A stretch of DNA of 64,000 bases from an uncultured Actinomycetes bacterium. Lineage in GTDB: Bacteria; Actinomycetota; Thermoleophilia; UBA2241. This document shows positions 58,367 to 64,000 of this stretch, piece by piece. Every line of letters begins with the position of its first letter. Within the stretch, counting starts at the first letter, position 1. The stretch is from assembly GCA_963783865.1 (NCBI GenBank), contig CAWAPD010000002.1:198415-262414 (forward strand). Direction: 5' to 3'. A model generated the notes under the pieces. That model was not told where the DNA came from, did not search any database, and saw nothing but the letters and a program-made list of their open reading frames with translations. Both the position numbers and the translations under genes were made by a program.

Positions 58367-58639
58367 TTGGATTGGTTCAAGTCCGACAAGACGGAGCATA
58401 CGATCCTCGCGACGGCGTGGGTCGTGCCGGAGCCGAGCCGTTGCGTCCAATGCGGGGTCTGCTCGTTCAACTGCCCGATGGGGATCGACGTGCGCCGGTA
58501 CGTGTGGCGGGGCGAACCGGTGAAGGACCGCCACTGCCTGACCTGCGGCGAGTGCGTGAACCGCTGTCCCCGCAGGCTGCTGGCCTTCGAACCGATCAGG
58601 TCCCCAGGAACCCCCCAGCCGAATGCGACGGTCCTTTAG
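58367..58639 (+). CDS. 2×[4Fe-4S] ferredoxin
   Basis: CVQCGVCSFNCP and CLTCGECVNRCP; start either TTG 58367 (strong RBS GGGGAGGGAGG upstream) or GTG 58322. Confidence 0.8.
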   Translation: MDWFKSDKTEHTILATAWVVPEPSRCVQCGVCSFNCPMGIDVRRYVWRGEPVKDRHCLTCGECVNRCPRRLLAFEPIRSPGTPQPNATVL

Positions 58640-58640
58640 C

Positions 58641-59957
58641 ATGGCTCGACGTCATGTCTTGATCGGCAGCGGGCCGGCCGCCATCGCGGCCGCGGAGACG
58701 ATCCGGAGCCGCGACGATCAGGCCGAGATCGTGATCGTCGGCGCCGAGCCCCACGGGTACTACTCGCGCCCGGGTCTCGCCTACTACCTGGCGAAGGAGG
58801 TGCCCGAGGAAAGGCTCTTTCCCTTCACGCCCCAGGACTTCGCCCGCCTGAACGTCCAGTTGCTCCTCGAACGCGCGGTCCACCTCGACCCCCCCGCGCA
58901 CCGGGTGACCATGGAGGGTGGCCGAGAGCTCCCCTACGATCGCCTGCTGGTCGCCACGGGTTCCAGGGCGATCCCAGCCAAGGTGCCGGGCGCCGACCTG
59001 GACGGCGTGGTCAAGCTCGACGACATGGACGATGCCCGCGATCTGATCCGAAGAAGCCGCCACGCCAAGGCGGCGGTGGTCGTCGGAGGCGGGATCACCG
59101 CCCTCGAGATCGCTGAAGGCCTGAGTGCTCGTCGGGTGCACGTCCACTACTTCATGCGCAAGGGCCGCTACTGGAGCAGCGTCCTCTCGGAGTCCGAATC
59201 GCGCATGATCGAGCAGGGACTTCGCGCTCGCGGCGTGCAGATCCACGACTTCACCGAGCTTGCAGGGATCCTTGGCAGGCAAGGCCGGGTCGTCGGCGTC
59301 GAGACTGGTGACGGCACGCAGATCCCCTGCGATCTCGTGGCCATGGCGCTTGGTGTCCGTCCCCAGAAGGAACTGGCCGACGAGGCCGGGCTCGACTGCG
59401 AGCGCGGGATCCTGGTCAACGAGCACCTGCGTTCGAGTGACGAGCACATCTTCGCGGCGGGCGACATCGCCGAGGTACGCGAGACTCTCACCGACCGGCG
59501 TACCCTCGAGGTGCTGTGGAGCTCGGCCCTGGCCAAAGGCCGCATCGCCGGCCTCAACATGGCCTCGGACTCCACGCACGCCTACGACACGGGCACGCCC
59601 CTCAACGTCACCAGGCTGGCCGGCTTCAAGGTCACGATCATCGGTTCCGTCGGCAGCGGCAAAGACTCCGACCGGCAAAGCCCCGCCCGTGGCGAGAGCG
59701 AGACCTGGGAGGAGCTGGGCGAGGCGGTCGCCGTGGAGTCGCAGAGCGGCGAAACCCACATCCGGCTCGCCCTGGGAGAGAGCACAATAGCGGGCGCCGT
59801 CGTGATGGGAGACCAGGAGATCTCATTCCCCCTTCATGAGATCATCGCGGCGCGCGCCGACGTCAGTGACATCCGGGCGAGCCTTCAGGAGCCGGCGGCT
59901 CCGGTAGCCGAGATCGTGCGGGAGTTCTGGCCGGGATCGAGGACGCGCCTTGTCTAG
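58641..59957 (+). CDS. FAD-dependent pyridine-nucleotide-disulfide-family oxidoreductase (ferredoxin/rubredoxin-reductase or NAD(P)H-nitrite-reductase-like) with Reductase_C dimerisation domain
   Basis: ATG 2 nt after ferredoxin stop; FAD site HVLIGSGPAAIAAA, …YSRPGL…, NAD(P) site VVVGGGITALEIA, …FAAGDIA…. Confidence 0.85.
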   Translation: MARRHVLIGSGPAAIAAAETIRSRDDQAEIVIVGAEPHGYYSRPGLAYYLAKEVPEERLFPFTPQDFARLNVQLLLERAVHLDPPAHRVTMEGGRELPYDRLLVATGSRAIPAKVPGADLDGVVKLDDMDDARDLIRRSRHAKAAVVVGGGITALEIAEGLSARRVHVHYFMRKGRYWSSVLSESESRMIEQGLRARGVQIHDFTELAGILGRQGRVVGVETGDGTQIPCDLVAMALGVRPQKELADEAGLDCERGILVNEHLRSSDEHIFAAGDIAEVRETLTDRRTLEVLWSSALAKGRIAGLNMASDSTHAYDTGTPLNVTRLAGFKVTIIGSVGSGKDSDRQSPARGESETWEELGEAVAVESQSGETHIRLALGESTIAGAVVMGDQEISFPLHEIIAARADVSDIRASLQEPAAPVAEIVREFWPGSRTRLV

Positions 59958-60717
59958 GCGTTCAGGGAAGCGCCGGCACACGTTCGGGGCGGTCCCGGCC
60001 GCAGCAGTCTCCTGGCTCGGGCGATATCGGGAGCTCTGGTACGCGCTCGGGGCGATCGTCGTGGTCACGGCATTCTATCTGCTCGCGTATCGACAGGCGG
60101 GCAGGTTCCCCTCGGCGTCCAGTCTCGCGGGTCACGGGATCGGCATCCTGGGCTTCATCCTCATGCTGATGACCGCGACCCTCTACTCGATCCGCAAGCG
60201 GCTGACCGATGCCCGCTGGGGGAGCATGGCAGCCTGGCTCAGATTCCATATGGTCACGGGGTTGGTCGGCCCCTACATGGTCTTGCTCCACACCAGCATG
60301 CGGTTCCGGGGATTGGCAGGCGTGGCCATGCTCCTGACCGTCGTCGTCGTGATCAGCGGCCTGGTCGGCCGGTACATCTACACCGCCGTGCCCCGCGTCA
60401 TCGAAGGCGCCGAGCCCGACGTCGACCCGCTCGATCACCCGGTTGCGCGATCCGAAGTGTCGTCGATGGCCTCGGCCGATCTGGCGATAGCCCCGGCCGT
60501 CGCCCTGGACCCGTCCCCCATCGGGAGTGGCCAGCCCTGGGGGGCGCAGGCTGCCCCGGCTGGGCGGCGGTCTCTGGACCGGCGTCTTGATCGCCTCGCG
60601 GCGCGGAGGCGGGCGCTAGCGGTCTGGCGTTCCCTCCATCTCCCCCTCACCTGGGCGCTCTTCGTCGCTGCCTTCGTGCACGCGGCCGGGGCCCTCTACT
60701 ACTCGATCGGGCGATAG
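59950..60717 (+). CDS. Polytopic membrane protein (5 TM) with conserved His pairs; candidate b-haem or quinone-interacting membrane anchor
   Basis: TTG start overlapping upstream stop by 8 nt; TMs with …WLRFHMVTGLVGPYMVLLH… and …SLHLPLTWALFVAAFVHAAG…; functional assignment is inference. Confidence 0.6.
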   Translation: MSRRSGKRRHTFGAVPAAAVSWLGRYRELWYALGAIVVVTAFYLLAYRQAGRFPSASSLAGHGIGILGFILMLMTATLYSIRKRLTDARWGSMAAWLRFHMVTGLVGPYMVLLHTSMRFRGLAGVAMLLTVVVVISGLVGRYIYTAVPRVIEGAEPDVDPLDHPVARSEVSSMASADLAIAPAVALDPSPIGSGQPWGAQAAPAGRRSLDRRLDRLAARRRALAVWRSLHLPLTWALFVAAFVHAAGALYYSIGR

Positions 60718-60733
60718 GAGACGTGGTGCGACT

Positions 60734-61534
60734 GTGAAGGATCGACCGCGCTTCCTGTCCGGCATGCGAGTGGTGGCCGCCGTGGTCACCCTCCTGGGCA
60801 TCGGGGTGTGGATCCTGATCCAGGGCCCGGCCCTGTTCAGCCCAGGCCCCCTGAATGCGCAGGCCAAGACCCAGGCGCTGGGAGGTGTCACCAGTCATGC
60901 TCAGCTGGCCGGTCGATGCGGCGCCTGTCACGCCGCTCCCTGGAGCTCCCAGACCATGGCCGACCGCTGCAACGCCTGCCACACAGACGTCAGAACCCAG
61001 ATTCAGGGCCACAGCGGGATCCACGGCGGTCTGGTAGGCGCGATGTCATCCCCCACCTGCGGCGTCTGCCATTCGGAGCACCTCGGACCCAACGGCGCGC
61101 TCACGGCCAACTTCGACCACAACGCCTTCCCGTTCAAGCTGACTGGCGCGCACGCCAGGGTGGCGTGCCAGCTCTGCCACACCACCGCCACGTCCCTCCA
61201 AGACCTGCGCAACACGCCTCAGGACTGCTACTCCTGCCACGCGAACGTCGACAAGCACTCTGGGACCTTCGGGAAGCTGTGCGGGCAGTGCCACAACACG
61301 ACCACCTGGGCCAACGCGAAGTTCGACCACACCGTCTTCCCGCTCAACCACGGCAGCAACCAGCAGACGGCCACGTGCACGACGTGCCATCCGAACGGCT
61401 TCAGCACCTACACATGCCTTGGGTGCCACTTCCACACCCCGGCCCGAGTCCAGTCCGACCACGAGGGGAAGAGCCTCGCCGCGCTGGCTGACTGCATCCA
61501 CTGCCATCCCGGCGGGCGGGGAGCGGGCAACTAG
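60734..61534 (+). CDS. Membrane-anchored multihaem cytochrome c with nine CxxCH motifs
   Basis: GTG start after RBS AGGAG; N-terminal TM anchor; CGACH, CNACH, CGVCH, CQLCH, CYSCH, CGQCH, CTTCH, CLGCH, CIHCH counted directly; recurring FDHxxFP…C..CH paired-haem pattern. Confidence 0.85.
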   Translation: MKDRPRFLSGMRVVAAVVTLLGIGVWILIQGPALFSPGPLNAQAKTQALGGVTSHAQLAGRCGACHAAPWSSQTMADRCNACHTDVRTQIQGHSGIHGGLVGAMSSPTCGVCHSEHLGPNGALTANFDHNAFPFKLTGAHARVACQLCHTTATSLQDLRNTPQDCYSCHANVDKHSGTFGKLCGQCHNTTTWANAKFDHTVFPLNHGSNQQTATCTTCHPNGFSTYTCLGCHFHTPARVQSDHEGKSLAALADCIHCHPGGRGAGN

Positions 61535-61661
61535 GACTCTCAGCCTGACTCCGACCGGCAAGCCCAGCCGGTGACTCGCGGCGCCTCACCTGGCCACAAT
61601 CCACCCCCTGCGGAGAGCCGTGAATCCGGAGCGCTCCTCCGGAGGCGAGGCGCCCGACCCC

Positions 61662-62669
61662 CTACCTCCGCAGGAACTCCGCCATGGTCGCCGCCCGCGC
61701 GTCGTTCGCCGCGAGCGGCTTGAGCCCCCAGTCCGCCTCGATCGTGTGCAGCAGCGAGTAGTGGTCGTAGGGCCGTGCCGACCGGTACCCGGTCCGCGCC
61801 CCGCTGCCGGCGAAGATCGTGGCCACGTGGTTGTCGGTGTCGCTGCCCTCGTCCCACGTGATCACGAGCAGCGAGGGGGACGAGGTGAACGCGGGCGAGC
61901 CGAGTATCTGCGGCACCTCCTTCGCCAGCCACGCGTCGCCGGTCGAGACCGGGCAGTCGTGCATGTCGCTGCACATGTTGGGAGTGATGAAGGCGAAGTC
62001 GGGCGTAGTCTTCGCCGATTGCAGGTCGGTGGCAAGCTGCGTGAACGGCACGACGTGACTGTCGCGTCGCGCCGCGTTGTCGAGGATGTCGGTGTAGTAG
62101 AGGAACGGGATGTGCTTGACCGCGTAGAGCGAGCCGGCGTTCGAGCTGTAGCCCGGCGATGGCATGCTCTCGCCGTAGAGCTTCCAGGTGCGGCCCGACG
62201 CCTCCATGCGGTCGGCCAGGTTCGCCACGTCCACTGCGTACCCGGCCGTCGGCGGGTTGCGGTCGTCGGTGATTCCCTGCGTGGAACCGCTCGTGAGCGC
62301 GATGTAGTTGGGCAGGCTGGGATGGGTGATCGCCGAGTAGTCGGCGGCCAGCGAGTAATGGGCTGCCAGCCCGTTGATGAACGGTGCCTGCGTGTTGCCG
62401 ATGATCTCGCTCGTCGAGTGGTTCTCCATGACGATCACGAAGATGTGCGCGAGCGGTGGAAGGCCGCCCGTCGTGGCGGCGGAGGACGACGCTGTGGGCG
62501 AGGGCGAGGATGAGGGGATCGGCGTCGACGGCTGAGCCGTCGACGCCGCCCCCGATCCCGATCCGCAGCCCGCCACGGCGAGAAGCGCCAGCAGCGCGGC
62601 CGCGACCCACACGTGCGTCGGGGCCGCGAAGCCGGCGCGGCGCCGGGCGCACGCGAACGTTCTGGTCAT
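61662..62669 (-). CDS. Phosphoesterase-family (PF04185-like acid phosphatase / phospholipase C) lipoprotein
   Basis: Lipobox LLAVAGCGS; …IFVIVMENHSTSEIIG… signature; paralogous to C-terminal domain of the 51697-54321 protein. Confidence 0.75.
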   Translation of the reverse strand: MTRTFACARRRAGFAAPTHVWVAAALLALLAVAGCGSGSGAASTAQPSTPIPSSSPSPTASSSAATTGGLPPLAHIFVIVMENHSTSEIIGNTQAPFINGLAAHYSLAADYSAITHPSLPNYIALTSGSTQGITDDRNPPTAGYAVDVANLADRMEASGRTWKLYGESMPSPGYSSNAGSLYAVKHIPFLYYTDILDNAARRDSHVVPFTQLATDLQSAKTTPDFAFITPNMCSDMHDCPVSTGDAWLAKEVPQILGSPAFTSSPSLLVITWDEGSDTDNHVATIFAGSGARTGYRSARPYDHYSLLHTIEADWGLKPLAANDARAATMAEFLRR

Positions 62670-62756
62670 GACCTCGTCGGGGCTCACGATGGGTCCGACT
62701 TGCCCAGTACGGGCGATGCCCAGACCGTTGGGCCGCCGTGACCGGCCGCCCGCCGT

Positions 62757-63947
62757 CTACTGCGGCTCGGCGACGATCTCCCGCATCTCTGCGTCGATCG
62801 TCACACCCCAGCGCGAGAACTCTTCGAAGAAGCGTTCCGGCGGCACGATCTGCTCGGGGGCGAACACGCCGGGGCCGGCGATCTCGCCCGCGGCCATCAT
62901 CTTGGCGACGATCGCCGGCGGGATGCCGGTGTCGACGTCGCCGCCGCCGGCGCCGTACCGCTTGTTGGCCGGAATGACCGCGCGAACGCGCCACTCGACG
63001 CGCCGCCCGTCCTTGCGGCCGCGCACCACGCCGATCAGGTAGTCGACGTCGTCCATCACCGTGTCGGCCGTCGGCCGCGGGATCCTGCTCGCTGCCGCGA
63101 GCAGGGTATCCCGCGGCCGCATCTTCTGTCCCGCCACCTCGATCTCGTCCTTGCTGGTGAGGCCGATCTTCACCAGGAATCGCATCTGCTCGGTGAACTC
63201 GGCGGGCAGCGAGAGCTTGAACGTGGCGCTGTTCAGGCCCTGGGCACCCCACGTGTGCACGAAGGTGATCGGCTCGGAGTGGATGGTGTGGTGGGCCTCG
63301 AGCATGCCGGCCGGCTGGCCGAAGTCGATGAGCTCGGGACGATCGCCGCCCTTGATGGTCTCATCCCAGGCGCCGTCGATGAACTGCGGGCAGGGCACGC
63401 TGAACTCGTCGCACAGCGTCTCGAGCGAGTACGGCGGCACCCAGCCCTCGTAGGCGCTCCAGTCGGTGTGGTCGACGTTGCCGCAGAGGGCGTGCGCCTC
63501 CTCGATCGTGTCGAGCCGTGAGGCGCCGTACGCCGCCAGGATGTTGGTCACGCCGGGGGCCCCGCCCATGCAGATGACCGCCGTCACGCCGGCCTTCTTG
63601 AACTCGTCGTCGAGGCTGAGCTGCTGCTTCGAGATGTGGAAGAGCCCGCCGAGGTCGGTGTAGTGGACCCCGGCCGCCGCCGCGGCGTGCATCACGTCGA
63701 TGTTCCAGAAGTGCTGCGTGCAGTTGATCATCGCGTCGCAGCCGGCGATGACGCCCTTCACGCTCTCCTGGTCGCGGGCGTCGACGAAGGCGGCGACGGC
63801 CTTGCCGCCGCCTTGGGCGGCAGCCACCGCCGCCGCCTGCTGCTCCGAGTAGTCGGCGACGACGATCGCCTCGACTTCGGGGCTGATGCCGAGCTCCTGC
63901 ACCGCCCACCTGCCCATCGCTCCGGCTCCGACGACGGCGATCTTCAT
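62757..63947 (-). CDS. Saccharopine dehydrogenase-family NAD(P) oxidoreductase
   Basis: MKIAVVGAGAMGRW… Rossmann N-terminus, 396 aa. Confidence 0.75.
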   Translation of the reverse strand: MKIAVVGAGAMGRWAVQELGISPEVEAIVVADYSEQQAAAVAAAQGGGKAVAAFVDARDQESVKGVIAGCDAMINCTQHFWNIDVMHAAAAAGVHYTDLGGLFHISKQQLSLDDEFKKAGVTAVICMGGAPGVTNILAAYGASRLDTIEEAHALCGNVDHTDWSAYEGWVPPYSLETLCDEFSVPCPQFIDGAWDETIKGGDRPELIDFGQPAGMLEAHHTIHSEPITFVHTWGAQGLNSATFKLSLPAEFTEQMRFLVKIGLTSKDEIEVAGQKMRPRDTLLAAASRIPRPTADTVMDDVDYLIGVVRGRKDGRRVEWRVRAVIPANKRYGAGGGDVDTGIPPAIVAKMMAAGEIAGPGVFAPEQIVPPERFFEEFSRWGVTIDAEMREIVAEPQ

Positions 63948-64000
63948 GGCTGGCCTCCTCGTGGCTCTTCCGCCTGCGTGGCGTGTGGATGTCCCCTATG

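Noticed and set aside
1-64000. Mobile elements, integrases, CRISPR arrays, toxin-antitoxin or defence islands
   Set aside because: No transposase or integrase-like ORFs, no direct-repeat/spacer arrays and no abrupt composition change were seen. The window looks like core chromosome.

Overview
The window is a very GC-rich (about 70% or more by eye) bacterial chromosomal segment with almost no intergenic space and many 4-nt ATGA/GTGA stop/start overlaps. Several syntenies look actinobacterial: murI-rph-rdgB, ftsE-ftsX with an M23 peptidase, ctpA, rnr and smpB, and an L,D-transpeptidase with a PG-binding domain. Several features are not typical of classical actinobacteria: a fused nuoCD, a Thermus-like caa3 oxidase with fused subunits, and a multihaem cytochrome c.

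Content in order:
- An NRAMP Mn/Fe importer convergent with two tandem CDF exporters, which are translationally coupled to rdgB, rph, a QueT-like membrane protein and murI.
- A zinc-ribbon protein, an EamA transporter, tRNA-Arg(CCG), pterin dehydratase, smpB, RNase R (frameshifted), CtpA, an EnvC-like M23 peptidase, ftsX and ftsE.
- A histidine/aromatic ammonia-lyase with an amino-acid ABC transporter (its binding protein is frameshifted), a DUF72 protein, an aminotransferase, an MBL-fold protein and a STAS-like protein.
- A secreted clostripain(C11)-BNR propeller fusion.
- A roughly 24-kb single-strand respiratory supercluster in which nuoA is separated from nuoB–N by qcrCAB (complex III), a divergent ctaB, caa3 oxidase genes (subunit II fused to cytochrome c, subunits I and III fused) and a CopC-CopD copper protein whose stop overlaps the nuoB start.
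- Downstream of these: htrA, an Mth938-like protein, a YVTN-propeller/phosphoesterase fusion lipoprotein, an L,D-transpeptidase, an ECF sigma factor fused to a transmembrane helix and a Pro/Thr-rich tail, and a secreted tandem-repeat protein.
- The most novel-looking element is a 4-gene module: a 2×[4Fe-4S] ferredoxin, an FAD/NAD(P) oxidoreductase, a His-rich polytopic membrane protein and a membrane-anchored cytochrome c with nine CxxCH motifs.

Three genes (rnr, the ABC binding protein, nuoM) carry apparent single-nucleotide frameshifts, which suggests indel errors in the assembly. No mobile elements or CRISPR arrays were seen. The six-frame track is full of long spurious R/A/G/P-rich ORFs caused by the GC content.
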